Shown piece by piece: positions 16,225-25,603 of a stretch of 50,610 nucleotides of DNA. The stretch spans positions 1 to 50,610 of the IMG/VR virus record IMGVR_UViG_3300037258_000793; one strand, 5' to 3'. Position 1 is the stretch's first letter. Each line of letters starts with the position of its first letter. The position numbers were made by a program, and so were the translations under genes. The notes under the pieces are model-generated. The model saw only the letters and a program-made list of their open reading frames with translations. It had not been told where the DNA came from and did not search any database. The stretch is from a virus. Lineage: Duplodnaviria; Caudoviricetes.

Positions 16225-18929
16225 CCGAACGCCCCCACGCTGGCCAGGTCCCGCATCATCTCCGCGCGCTGCACACCGTCAGGCAGGTGCTGCCCGGAGT
16301 AGTAGAAGTTGGCCGTCAGCCCACCGGCGCCCTGAGCGGTCATGCCGCCGCTGGTCGCGATCGCTGCGCCAGCTCCCGGCTTCGCTCCGATCGCGCGCAT
16401 CCCGGCCGACACCGACGGGTAGATGTAGCCGTCCGTCGCCGGCACAAACACTTCTTCTTTGCCGCCGTCGCCGACGATGTAGGCGCGGCCGGCCTGCGCC
16501 GTACCGCCCGTGGCCCGGTGCGGTGCGCCGAGCAGGTTAGTGGCCCCCCCCGCGTTGACCTGCACGGTCACGGTCTGGCCGTTGCCCCAGGTGACGAAAT
16601 TCTCCAAGGTCTGCTGTGCCGGCGCCGTGTTGGCGTTGACGTTCGTGTTCACGTTCGACGGGATCTGGATCAGCGACTGGATGTAGGAGATGATCGCCTG
16701 CTTCGCCGTGCCGGTCGCGCCGGTCGCGTCGACGTACGCCTGGACCTGCTGCTGGATCACCGAGTTGGCCTGATTCATCGACCCGGTCGACTGGTAGGTC
16801 GACACCGCCACCGTCTGGATGGCGGCCGCGGCCTGCTGCGCCGCCTCCGCGTTGTTGATGCCGGCCTGGGTCGACTGGTCGAGGCTGTAGCTGTTCTGGG
16901 CCCACGAGGTCTGTGCGTTGAGTAGGTCCTGGTTCAGCGATGTCTGTGCCTGCGCGGACGACATGGCCGTCCCGTTCAGCGAGTTGAGCACCGCCTGATA
17001 GCCGGTAGCGCCCGCCGTCGCCTCGGTGTACGCCGCCACGCCCTTCTCGAGCTGCTGGGACAGCGTGGTCTGAGAGCTGCCCAGGTTCAAAGCGGCGATC
17101 GAGCTGTCCGCGGACTGCTGCGCCGAGGCGACCAACGTCTGATAGCCGCTCTTCATGGTCGCCTGGAAAATCGCCGTCGTGTTGTTCAGGGTGTTGGTGG
17201 CCGCGTCCAGCTTCTCCTGGTCGTTGATCTGCTGCGTGATCTGTGCCGCCTGGGCCTTCATCGACGAGGTCAGCTGGTTTTGCGCGGCGACCGCCTTGTC
17301 GTACGGGGCCGCGTTCGCCGCGTCGTTTGCGTCCTGCAGATCGCTGGCGTACTTGCCCGTGGCCTGCGAGCCGGCGGTGGCGGCGTCGGCCTGCTTCTGC
17401 TGCGCGGCAGCGGTCTTGTTCGACGCGTCGGTGACCTTCTGCTGCGCGTCGGTGTTGCCGAACACCGCCTGCGTGTAGGTGGCCATCGACACCCCGGCCG
17501 CCTGCGCCGCCGCGGCCAGGCCGTTCGCGGTGTCCTGCTGGAGCACGTACTGCGCGGTAGTCGCGCCGGCCGTATCCAAGTCCTTCGCGATCGCCTGCTG
17601 CAACCCCTCCTGAGACAGGGTCAGCGCATCCGTGGCGTGCTGCGCCTGGATCATCGACCCGACCAGCCCCGAGAGCAGCCCGACGCCGGCGCCGATCGCC
17701 AGACCCCACGGGCCACCCATCACCGAGGCGGCCGAGTCCAGGCCGGAGGCCATCTTCAAGCTCGCGCCGGACACCGCCTCCATCGCCGCCCCGCCGCCCG
17801 CGGCCTTCTCCGACAGCGACAGCATTCCGTCGGCGGCCTTCCCCAGCCCCGAGGAGATGGAGGGGTCCAGCTTCATCGCGCCGAACAGGCCCGCCACGCT
17901 GCCGACCGTCTCCGGGGAGGCAAGGGCCCGGATCGCAGAGGTCGTCGTGTTGATGATCGGGTCGATGCCGAGCAGGTCCGCGGAGATCGCGGTGGACACG
18001 TCGCCGGCCACGTGGCCGGTGGTGTTCAGCAGGTTCGAGACCGTCCCGAGCGCCGAGGCGAACCCGGCTCCGGTGGTGGCGGAGTCCTCGGTCAGTCCCT
18101 GGAAGAAGCCGGAGATCCCGGAGCCGGCGGTGGGCAGCTCGTTGGCGAAGTCGGAGACGATGTCCTGGCTCCCGGACACCGCGGCGGACAGGCCCGGCAT
18201 CACGTTGCCGGCAAGCCCCTCCACCCCGCTGGTCAGGGAGGTGATGTCGGGTTCGGCGTCGACGAACAGGCTCTTGAGCTGCGGGCGCAGGTTGTTGACC
18301 GCGCCTTCGAGGGAGGTGACCGCGGCCAGCAGCGTGCCGGCCGCCGGCGCGGCGGCGTTCGACAGGGCATCTTCGGCGTCCTTGCCCAGCGCCGTGTACG
18401 AGGCGGCGATGGCCGCGTTGCCCTTCAGGGCGTAGGCCGTCACGCCGTCCACCGCGGCGCTCATCCCGGTCAGGATCGCGGCCGGCCCGATCGCCGCGGC
18501 TCCGATCAGCGCGGCGACGATCGCCTTCGACATGCCGTCACCAGCGGACTTCCCCGTGTCCTCCGTGCTGGTCTTCGTCTTCTCGTCGACGTCCTTCAGG
18601 CCCGGCTCGACCCCGTCCGACAGGCCGTCGCCGATGCCCGCACCGACGTCCTCACCAACCTCCCGGCCCGTGTCGGACAGCTTCTCCTTCGAGTCGGTGA
18701 CCTGGTCCTCGACCGCGGTGACGGTGCGATCGGCGAGGGTTTGGCCGGCCTCGTCGCCAGCCTGCTCGGCGGCGTCCTTGAGTTCCTGCCCCAGGGACTG
18801 CCCGGCCGCCGCACCGGCCTCGCTGCCGGCGGCGCCCATCCTGGTCTTGAGCTCGTCCTCGATCCCGTCGTCCTGAAGGGTGACGGCCACATACGCATCA
18901 GCGATCTTGAACGCCACGCGGTACACCAC
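16221..18929 (-). CDS. Tape measure protein
   Basis: 902 aa, Ala/Gly/Gln-rich; FKIADAYVAV N-terminus; RATGG...YIVGDGGKEEVFVP C-terminus. Confidence 0.92.
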   Translation of the reverse strand: MVYRVAFKIADAYVAVTLQDDGIEDELKTRMGAAGSEAGAAAGQSLGQELKDAAEQAGDEAGQTLADRTVTAVEDQVTDSKEKLSDTGREVGEDVGAGIGDGLSDGVEPGLKDVDEKTKTSTEDTGKSAGDGMSKAIVAALIGAAAIGPAAILTGMSAAVDGVTAYALKGNAAIAASYTALGKDAEDALSNAAAPAAGTLLAAVTSLEGAVNNLRPQLKSLFVDAEPDITSLTSGVEGLAGNVMPGLSAAVSGSQDIVSDFANELPTAGSGISGFFQGLTEDSATTGAGFASALGTVSNLLNTTGHVAGDVSTAISADLLGIDPIINTTTSAIRALASPETVGSVAGLFGAMKLDPSISSGLGKAADGMLSLSEKAAGGGAAMEAVSGASLKMASGLDSAASVMGGPWGLAIGAGVGLLSGLVGSMIQAQHATDALTLSQEGLQQAIAKDLDTAGATTAQYVLQQDTANGLAAAAQAAGVSMATYTQAVFGNTDAQQKVTDASNKTAAAQQKQADAATAGSQATGKYASDLQDANDAANAAPYDKAVAAQNQLTSSMKAQAAQITQQINDQEKLDAATNTLNNTTAIFQATMKSGYQTLVASAQQSADSSIAALNLGSSQTTLSQQLEKGVAAYTEATAGATGYQAVLNSLNGTAMSSAQAQTSLNQDLLNAQTSWAQNSYSLDQSTQAGINNAEAAQQAAAAIQTVAVSTYQSTGSMNQANSVIQQQVQAYVDATGATGTAKQAIISYIQSLIQIPSNVNTNVNANTAPAQQTLENFVTWGNGQTVTVQVNAGGATNLLGAPHRATGGTAQAGRAYIVGDGGKEEVFVPATDGYIYPSVSAGMRAIGAKPGAGAAIATSGGMTAQGAGGLTANFYYSGQHLPDGVQRAEMMRDLASVGAFG

Positions 18930-19230
18930 CCTTCGGTCTCTGGTTGAAGGTCTCGGCCGCCCGGGCCATCGCCTCGGGATGCCGCGCGACCCAGTCGGAC
19001 AGGCTCATCGCCGGCGCGGACTCGATCGCTACCCGGCGCTGCGCGTGGTGGGCGCGGACCGCGGCCAGCGCCCCGCCGTACACGCCGATGCGGCGGGCCA
19101 GCGAGAAGAAGCGCGGGCCGCTCAGCTCGTCGAGGTCGTCGACCCGGTGGTACACCGAGAAGTCCGAGCGGAGCTCCTCGATGACGCCGAGCGTCCAAGC
19201 GATCTGCCCGACCCGCGCGGTCAGTTTCCC
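18898..19230 (-). CDS. Tail assembly chaperone, frameshifted (G-T type) C-terminal extension
   Basis: The -1 frame GKLTARVGQIAWTLGVIEELRSDFSVYHRV is entered at the slippery site. Confidence 0.8.
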   Translation of the reverse strand, partial: GKLTARVGQIAWTLGVIEELRSDFSVYHRVDDLDELSGPRFFSLARRIGVYGGALAAVRAHHAQRRVAIESAPAMSLSDWVARHPEAMARAAETFNQRPKGGVPRGVQDR

Positions 19231-19610
19231 GGCATCGCCTCCAGCTGGCCGAGCGCGTGATCGGAGAGGAACCGCTTGAGGTCGGTCAGCTGCTCGACGG
19301 TCACCGAGGCGTCCTCGAGCAGTGCTTTGAGGGCCGCGTTGCCGCACAGTTCGCGGACCAGGACCAGGAGCTTGCCGCCCTCCGTGGGCACCGTGTTGAG
19401 GGCGCCGGTCAGCGCGAGCGCGTCGGTCGCCTCGACGCGCTCCGGCATCGTGAAGATCTCGCCGTCGATCTCGAATGCCGGCACCTGGGCCGGTTCGGCC
19501 GGCCGCTTGGTGAACCGCAGGTACTGCGGGACTGGCGATGTGCCGTTCGCCGCGGTGGTGCGCCTGGCCTGCGTGCGTGCGCGGCCGGTCGTGGTGGCGC
19601 GGGCAGTCAT
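19221..19610 (-). CDS. Tail assembly chaperone
   Basis: Between the major tail and tape measure genes; ends CCG GGA AAC TGA. Confidence 0.85.
   Translation of the reverse strand: MTARATTTGRARTQARRTTAANGTSPVPQYLRFTKRPAEPAQVPAFEIDGEIFTMPERVEATDALALTGALNTVPTEGGKLLVLVRELCGNAALKALLEDASVTVEQLTDLKRFLSDHALGQLEAMPGN
19224..19230 (-). other. -1 programmed frameshift slippery heptamer G GGA AAC
   Basis: X XXY YYZ in the correct frame just before the chaperone stop. Confidence 0.85.
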
Positions 19611-20191
19611 GCGGTCTGGTCCATCTTCACCCAGGGCCGGATCGTCGAGCTGACGAAGTAGCAGCCCGCGGCGATGTCGATCAAGTCGTCCTTCGTCGGG
19701 TCGTACTTCTCGGTGACTTTGACCTTGTTCAGGACCTTGCGGAAGATGGCCCGGCGCCGGGCCGCGCCGCCGCCGGAGAGCTGCGGTGCCCAGCCGTCGA
19801 CCAAGAACGCGGAATACTGTGGGATCGACCCGGCGGTCTGCTGGCCCGGCTCGTAGATCGTGATCCCGTCGCCGACGGTCACCACGCCGAAGTTGTTCAG
19901 CGCCAGGGCGAAGTTGGCGACGGTCGCCTCGAGGCAGGCGAAGGTGATCGTCGTCTTACGGCCGACGACGCGGCCGCCGATCGGGTCGATGACCTGGTCG
20001 GCCACCGTGTCGGAGACGTCCTCGTCGTCCTCCCAGGACACGCCGCCCTGGGTCGCGCCGATGAACGTCCAGCCGGCGCCCGGGTCCTGAATCAGGGCGG
20101 CGTTGGTCTGGGCGGGTTCCGTGGTGCCGGTCGTCGCGGCCCAGACGTAGGCCTCGCCCTTGATGTAGTTCAGCGGGTTGATGTCGGGCAT
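19607..20191 (-). CDS. Major tail protein
   Basis: GWTFIGATQGGV, ADQVIDP, LEATVANFALALN, RRRAIFRKV motifs. Confidence 0.88.
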   Translation of the reverse strand: MPDINPLNYIKGEAYVWAATTGTTEPAQTNAALIQDPGAGWTFIGATQGGVSWEDDEDVSDTVADQVIDPIGGRVVGRKTTITFACLEATVANFALALNNFGVVTVGDGITIYEPGQQTAGSIPQYSAFLVDGWAPQLSGGGAARRRAIFRKVLNKVKVTEKYDPTKDDLIDIAAGCYFVSSTIRPWVKMDQTA

Positions 20192-20192
20192 G

Positions 20193-20540
20193 TCAGACCG
20201 TCCCGGGGATTTCGAGGCAGGCGACCGTCACGCCGACGATCGACGAGAGATCGACATAGGCGTTGCCGTCCGCCTGTGTGAAGTTGCGGCTCAGCGGCTT
20301 GCTGAACTGCGGTGTCGTGTTGCTCGTCGGGAGCGCCTGGGTCGGCGCTGTGACCTCCAGGCCCTCGATCTCCGTGGCCACGTTGAACGTGGCGGTCGAG
20401 GCGGTCGACCCGCAGATCCAGGCCAGGAACCGGTTCGGCGCGTTCTGATACTCGACGCCGGTCACGGCGGACAGCGCCGTGTAGGTCGGGTTGACCAGGA
20501 ACTCGTCGATGGACTGTGGGGTGAGCTGCTGGCGGGACAT
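20193..20540 (-). CDS. Virion-associated hypothetical protein (beta-rich)
   Basis: Located in the structural operon; coupled start. Confidence 0.7.
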   Translation of the reverse strand: MSRQQLTPQSIDEFLVNPTYTALSAVTGVEYQNAPNRFLAWICGSTASTATFNVATEIEGLEVTAPTQALPTSNTTPQFSKPLSRNFTQADGNAYVDLSSIVGVTVACLEIPGTV

Positions 20541-20806
20541 CAGGCCTCCGTCGCGGGGCTCGTCGTCACCGGCGCGGCCGCGGCCGGCTTGGACGTGGGC
20601 TTCGGCGTGCTGGCCGGCGCCGGGGCCTCGGTGACCTTCGGCGCCGGCGCGGCGTCCTCGGGCTCGGCCGGGTCGGCGGCGAGCAGCGCGGCCAGCTCCT
20701 CGTCGCTGCCCTCGTAGAGCAGCCCGTTGTGCAGGTGCACCAAGGCCTGCTGCTCGGTCAGCTCGTGCACATCGCGCGGCTGATGCCTGAATCGAACCTT
20801 GACCAT
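20540..20806 (-). CDS. Hypothetical protein with Pro/Ala-rich tail
   Basis: ATG 20806 with upstream GAAAGG. Confidence 0.65.
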   Translation of the reverse strand: MVKVRFRHQPRDVHELTEQQALVHLHNGLLYEGSDEELAALLAADPAEPEDAAPAPKVTEAPAPASTPKPTSKPAAAAPVTTSPATEA

Positions 20807-20807
20807 C

Positions 20808-21203
20808 TCAGTACCTTTCCGTCCACAAAGCAGGGCGTAGATATGGCTGTTCAGGGCTGTTGCCGCGCCGGATGTGGGCGCGCACGACGTACGCAATGCC
20901 GTCGCGGTGCGCGACGAACTCCCGCACCGACTCCTCGCCGTGGAACCCCAGCTCCACCGCGGCCGCGTACTCGACCGGACCGTCCTCGTCCGCGAACGAG
21001 CCGACCTGCAACTCCCACCCGCTGGCGTAGGCGGCGACCTTGAAGTCGAGGGACGCCCACAAGCGGCCGGTGTCGATCGGCACGAGGCGTTTCGCGTCGC
21101 CGAGGATGTCCGGGCCGAGATGGTCGTTCAGGAAGTCGTACTCGGCCGCGTCGAGCTCCTGCCGCCAGCCGGGCGCCATCACCACCGTGACCGTCCCGCT
21201 CAC
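20808..21203 (-). CDS. HK97 gp10-like neck protein
   Basis: AKRLVPIDTGRLWAS, YAAAVELG, EQPYLRPAL. Confidence 0.85.
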   Translation of the reverse strand: MSGTVTVVMAPGWRQELDAAEYDFLNDHLGPDILGDAKRLVPIDTGRLWASLDFKVAAYASGWELQVGSFADEDGPVEYAAAVELGFHGEESVREFVAHRDGIAYVVRAHIRRGNSPEQPYLRPALWTERY

Positions 21204-21667
21204 AGGCCCTCACCGACCCACGTGAACTGCAGGTCGAACCGGTACTGCGCGTACGACGAGTCGTCGCCGTACACAGGGATCGGATCCGAGAGCGGATACG
21301 CGGTCTGCACCAGGCACGGCGGGTACGGGTCCGGCAGCCGCAGCAGCGGCGGGGCCTGACGCACGCGGAAGCAGCCGACCCGGATCCGCTCCGCGAGCTG
21401 GTTCGCCGCGGCCCACGGGGACTGCTTGGACGCCGGAGCGCAGGCCCAGCACTTCGCGGTGATGATCGGCGTGTGCCGCAGCACGTACGGACTGCCGGAG
21501 CCGGGCAGCGGGACGATCTGTACGAAGCCGGTCTTGGCCCACGACTCGGGCTGGCCATCAGTCTTGCCGGGCAGGCGCGTGCCGACGCCGCCGTTCTGGT
21601 CGAGCAGCTGCTGGATGAAAGCCACCGCGACCTGTGAGTCGGTTGGCCGCGCCGCGGTCAGGCTCAC
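21200..21667 (-). CDS. Tail terminator / tail completion protein
   Basis: VGTRLP...WAKTGFVQI...AANQLAERIR...YAQYRFDL; position. Confidence 0.75.
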   Translation of the reverse strand: MSLTAARPTDSQVAVAFIQQLLDQNGGVGTRLPGKTDGQPESWAKTGFVQIVPLPGSGSPYVLRHTPIITAKCWACAPASKQSPWAAANQLAERIRVGCFRVRQAPPLLRLPDPYPPCLVQTAYPLSDPIPVYGDDSSYAQYRFDLQFTWVGEGL

Positions 21668-22092
21668 CGGCCATCACCGCCACCGGCCACGGTCTCCAGC
21701 CGCTCGAGGATCTGCAGCTGCCGCTGGTTCAGGTCGAGCAGCAGCGCGGTGTTCTCGTGCGTGTGGCTGGCCAGCTCGGCCGAGATCTGGTCCGACCGTT
21801 TGGCCGCGATCAGCAGCACCGCGCCCTGCAACGCCGCTACGCAGGACAGGATCAGGTTGAGCAGGATGAACGGGTACGGGTCGAACGCGCCGTCATGCCG
21901 AGCCACCAGCAGTCCGTTGAGCACCATCCAGGCCGCGAGGAACGTCACCGCGGCGAAGACGAACGCCCAGGAGCCCATACCGAGCCGCATCCGGTCCGCG
22001 GCCCGCTCGCCGAGCGTCAGTTCATCGTGCGAGCGCACGCCGGGGTGCGGTTCCCACCAGCGGGCGGTCAGGCGTCGCCAGGCGCGGTCCAT
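21664..22092 (-). CDS. DUF1003-family membrane protein
   Basis: LTLGERAADR...MGSWAFV...FDPYPFILLNLILSCVAALQ signature. Confidence 0.9.
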   Translation of the reverse strand: MDRAWRRLTARWWEPHPGVRSHDELTLGERAADRMRLGMGSWAFVFAAVTFLAAWMVLNGLLVARHDGAFDPYPFILLNLILSCVAALQGAVLLIAAKRSDQISAELASHTHENTALLLDLNQRQLQILERLETVAGGGDGR

Positions 22093-22177
22093 CGGTCGTC
22101 CCTCCCTTCGCTCTGCGGTCCGGGGTGGTGCTGGGTGCGGCGGCCGGTCTGCCCGGCCGTGGTGCCGCGGGGTGGTG

Positions 22178-22486
22178 CTACTTGCTCATCGGCTTGCGGC
22201 TCGAAGAGCCCTTCGAGCCGCTGCTGTTCTTGCTGTCGGAGCCGCCGGCGCCGATCGACGGGTACTTGGCCTTCACGCGGGCCCGAACCTGCGCCTGCTG
22301 CGCCGGGGTGCCGTCCTGCGCGACCCGGGACAACGCGTCGCGGGCGTGCGCCGCGTCGTCGATGCGGTACTGCTTCGTGGCCGGCAGACCGAAGTCGGAC
22401 GCGGGCATCTGCGCCCTGCCGCCCTTGGTGTTGCGCTTGGCGTTGGTCTTGGCCGACAGCGGCGAACGGTTCGAGTTGCTGGCCAC
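22178..22486 (-). CDS. Small basic protein, DUF6582-like
   Basis: MPASDFGLP..KQYRIDDAAHARDALSRVAQ motif; RBS AAGGAG. Confidence 0.7.
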   Translation of the reverse strand: MASNSNRSPLSAKTNAKRNTKGGRAQMPASDFGLPATKQYRIDDAAHARDALSRVAQDGTPAQQAQVRARVKAKYPSIGAGGSDSKNSSGSKGSSSRKPMSK

Positions 22487-22498
22487 GGGGCTCCTTCC

Positions 22499-22828
22499 TC
22501 AGCCGGTCAGGGACAGGTCGGCGGACTCGTCCTGCGGCCAGAACGGGTTAGCCTGCTGATACACGTTGTCGACGATGTAGATCCGGCCGGTGCGCCGGTC
22601 GCGGAACCGGTCGTCCTTCTCCAGTCCGGTGCCGTGCGGCAGCCGCAGCTTGAAGATCCGCACGATGCGGTCGTCCTGCTCGCGCGGGCCGTGCACGCGC
22701 TGCGACCGCTCGATGATCGACGCCGGCACGCCGGTTTTCCACAGCGTCGGCAGGTCGACGACGTCGCCGAGGTCGGACTCGGTCTGGCCGCGCAGGATGT
22801 CGCCGGTCGTGGTCGGGGTGGCGATCAC
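22499..22828 (-). CDS. Head-tail stopper/closure protein
   Basis: ILRG...LGD...GVPASIIE...DRFRDRRTGRIYIV; GTG overlaps the upstream stop. Confidence 0.75.
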   Translation of the reverse strand: MIATPTTTGDILRGQTESDLGDVVDLPTLWKTGVPASIIERSQRVHGPREQDDRIVRIFKLRLPHGTGLEKDDRFRDRRTGRIYIVDNVYQQANPFWPQDESADLSLTG

Positions 22829-23628
22829 ATCGGCGTCCAGGGCTGCGATCCGCCGGAGCCGACACCGGCGCCGACCATGCGGTTCTTTTGGAACGCGCTG
22901 TTCATGCGGATCGAGGTGTTCGAGGCGCGGAACATCGCGTCGAGGATCCTGCGGGCCATCGGCGCGATGACCGGCAGCGCCTGCGTGCCCTGCCGGAAGC
23001 TGATCGACAGGCCGTCCTGGCTGATGGACTGCGGGTCCATCATGGTCAGGATCTCCGGGTGCGCATGCACGTACAGCGCCTGGAACGCGGTGGCCCGGCT
23101 GAGCCAGTAGATATCGCGCTTCTGCACGTCGGTGGCGCGCCAGATCCGGTGGATGTGCGCCTCGAGCAGGACCTGCGCGATGTTCAGGTGGGACTGCGTG
23201 ACCTGCGCGTTCCCGGTGTACGTGACCACGTCGGTCAGCGAGCACCAGGTGCCCGGCAGCTGCGCCGGCTCGCCCGGGGCGACCTGCGCGGTACGCAGCG
23301 TGCCCACCCACACCGGATCGGCCGACGCGGTCACGACGATCCAGTACAGCGACGAGGCGCCCGCGCTGGACTCGACGACGCGGTACGCCGACGCGCTCTC
23401 GCCGTCGAACAGGGTGATCGCGCTGTTGGGAGTCAGGCCGATCGACCACTCACCGGACTGCGCGTCCGGGGTGGCGAGCGCGGTGTCGATGGTCTCGAGC
23501 ATGTCGGCGGCGTCGAAGCCGGTGACAGGCTGGTCGTTGAGGTCGACGAGGGTGATCGCCACCGTGGCGCTGTCGAGTGCGTCGACGGCCGGGTTGACCA
23601 GGGTGCCGGTCACGGTCGTGGCGGGCAT
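22825..23628 (-). CDS. Head-tail adaptor with N-terminal Ig-like domain
   Basis: C-terminal WCSLTDV...WLSRATAFQA...SISQDGLS...IAPMARR adaptor motif after the capsid gene. Confidence 0.75.
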   Translation of the reverse strand: MPATTVTGTLVNPAVDALDSATVAITLVDLNDQPVTGFDAADMLETIDTALATPDAQSGEWSIGLTPNSAITLFDGESASAYRVVESSAGASSLYWIVVTASADPVWVGTLRTAQVAPGEPAQLPGTWCSLTDVVTYTGNAQVTQSHLNIAQVLLEAHIHRIWRATDVQKRDIYWLSRATAFQALYVHAHPEILTMMDPQSISQDGLSISFRQGTQALPVIAPMARRILDAMFRASNTSIRMNSAFQKNRMVGAGVGSGGSQPWTPM

Positions 23629-23698
23629 GGGCGTTCATCTCCCGTCGAGCTCGGTGGGCGGCGGCAGCCCTCGATGCCGCCGTCCACGGTCGGGTGCG

Positions 23699-24649
23699 TT
23701 ACGAGTTCTGGACCTCGATGACGCTGAAGGACTGCGGCACCGTGGCCGCGAAGCCGAGCCGGGCGCGGCACTGGAGGGTGTGCTCCAGGGCGTTGACGTT
23801 GATGTTCGCGTTGATGAACTGCGACTGCGGCTCGATGCGGGAGCCGCGCACCATGTTCTTCGGGTTCGCGAAGATGATCAGCGGGTTGCCGACCGCGGCG
23901 CCGGCCTTGCCGCGCGCCCCTTGGAAGTTGCTGGTCACGATCGCGCCGCGCGAGTAGACGGCCCGGTAGCCCATGAAGTCGTCCACGAGCTTCGCGCCAC
24001 CGCCGGGGAACCCGCCGGTGGACTCGGTCAGGATCGGGCGGCCGTTGAGGTCCTTGATCCCGCGCAGGGACTTCTTCAGCTTCGGGTGGATGATCGCGAT
24101 GCCGGTCGACTCGTTCCAGAACGTGGTGTTCTCCGCGAGGCCTAGGCCGTCGTTGAGCACGTCGTAGGACAGGCCGGAGGTCGGGGTGAGCGTGTAGTTG
24201 GTGTTCGCGGTGTAGTCGACGTCGTCGTCGTCGTGGGTGACCGCGTAGTAGACCGAGTTGTATGGCAGGAACGACGCGGCGTTGGTGGAGCGGGCGGCCG
24301 ACACGCCGAAGCAGGCGTTGTCGTAGGAGATGCGCAGGGAGTTCATCCACTCGAACGAGGTCGAGTCGATCACGTCGGCCGCGGAGTCCTCGACTTCGGC
24401 CTCGTCCAGGGTGAACTTGCCGTTGAACTGGTACGAGTACAGCGTCGTGGTGTCCGAGCTGTTGGTGTCGTCGGTCAGCGTCGAGCCGCCGTTGACGTCC
24501 GCGTCGGTGAACCGCGGGATCTCGTAGCTGTTCGAGGTCATGTTCATCAGCCGACCGGCCGTGTACATGGCCGAGGGCTGGAGTTCCTCGTTGACGGCCT
24601 GGTCGTCCCAGATGATGGGTGTCCAGGCACTGAAATCGGATACCGCCAC
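23699..24649 (-). CDS. Major capsid protein (HK97 fold)
   Basis: LRGIKDLNGRPI, CRARLGFA; strong RBS GGAGGTG; follows the scaffold gene. Confidence 0.92.
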   Translation of the reverse strand: MAVSDFSAWTPIIWDDQAVNEELQPSAMYTAGRLMNMTSNSYEIPRFTDADVNGGSTLTDDTNSSDTTTLYSYQFNGKFTLDEAEVEDSAADVIDSTSFEWMNSLRISYDNACFGVSAARSTNAASFLPYNSVYYAVTHDDDDVDYTANTNYTLTPTSGLSYDVLNDGLGLAENTTFWNESTGIAIIHPKLKKSLRGIKDLNGRPILTESTGGFPGGGAKLVDDFMGYRAVYSRGAIVTSNFQGARGKAGAAVGNPLIIFANPKNMVRGSRIEPQSQFINANINVNALEHTLQCRARLGFAATVPQSFSVIEVQNS

Positions 24650-24835
24650 TGCTCACCTCCGGAGCGTCAACCCGGAAGGTGAAGGCGGCTCGCCGTCCAG
24701 GTGTGGTCACTGGTGGCGAGCGAGGCTCTGCTAACGGACGCCGGATGGGGCTATCGAATTGGGGCGGCGCGCTCTGGCGCCTGCGAGGCTCGGGGTGCGC
24801 TCTGGCACTCCAGCCGATTCGGATGCTACAGCGAA

Positions 24836-24851
24836 TCGAACATTTGTGCGA
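24836..24851. promoter_or_regulatory. LexA/SOS box (1 mismatch) at the major capsid promoter
   Basis: TCGAAC-ATTT-GTGCGA just upstream of the minus-strand -10-like TAGCAT. Confidence 0.72.
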
Positions 24852-24901
24852 CTAGCCTCGCCGGTGCGCGCCGTCCGGTGTCGGCCGGGCGGCGCGTCAC
24901 A

Positions 24902-25582
24902 TCAGGACGAGCGTCGGCGCCCCGCGCTGCGCGCGGCCGCCTCAGAATTCGCGATCACCCGCTCGCCGTATGTCATCTGCCGCTGGACGGGGCGCCCCTT
25001 CGCGCTGCCCTGGTCCACCGCACCCATCGGCCGGCGCGCGCCCTGCTGCGCAGCAGCTTCGGGCTTGGCGAACAGCTTCGGATACCGGTCCTGAACGTCA
25101 TCGAGCCACGCATCCAGGTCCGGCTCGTCGTCCTCGGTGAAGTCGATCTCGTCGGGCTTGAGCCTGCCGAGCGCCAAGTCGACCATCTCCGGGTCAGCCC
25201 CGCGGTCAAGCAGCCCCGCCTTCGCCGAGGCGCGCACCGCGCGGGCCTGCCACACCGCCAGCTGCGGATCCGGGCCGGCCGCCGCGCCGCCCTCCTGCCC
25301 GTCACCGGCCGGCTGCGCGGGCGCCTCCGGCCTCTTGGCCTCTCGCAGCTTCTGCGCCTGAGTACGGGCGCGCTTGAGCTTCGCCCGCTCGGCCTCCAAC
25401 GCGGCCTGCGCCGCCGCCCACTCCTCACGGGTCGGCGGTGTCCACTCCTCGGCCGGCTGGCCACCGTCGCCGTCGGCCGGGTCGTCGCCGAGCGCCGCTT
25501 CGAGCTCGTCGAGCGGCTCGCCCTCGGCCGGCTGCTGGCCCTGACCTTCCGGCGGGGCAGCGGGTGCTGGTGTCGGTGGCAT
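24902..25582 (-). CDS. Capsid scaffolding protein
   Basis: EEWTPPTREEW, coiled coil, QDRYPKLF motif. Confidence 0.88.
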   Translation of the reverse strand: MPPTPAPAAPPEGQGQQPAEGEPLDELEAALGDDPADGDGGQPAEEWTPPTREEWAAAQAALEAERAKLKRARTQAQKLREAKRPEAPAQPAGDGQEGGAAAGPDPQLAVWQARAVRASAKAGLLDRGADPEMVDLALGRLKPDEIDFTEDDEPDLDAWLDDVQDRYPKLFAKPEAAAQQGARRPMGAVDQGSAKGRPVQRQMTYGERVIANSEAAARSAGRRRSS

Positions 25583-25603
25583 CTGACTCTCCTTCTTCGA
25601 GGG

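Noticed and set aside
17280-18947. Long plus-strand ORFs antisense to structural genes (also 24701-26116, 27140-28930, 35262-36485, 48151-49392)
   Set aside because: Shadow ORFs typical of high-GC DNA: Arg/Gly-rich, no motifs, fully overlapping well-supported minus-strand genes.
20790-20806. Additional SOS box (TCGAACCTTGACCAT) and CCGAAC at 7886
   Set aside because: Only one half-site matches, and the first lies inside a coding start.
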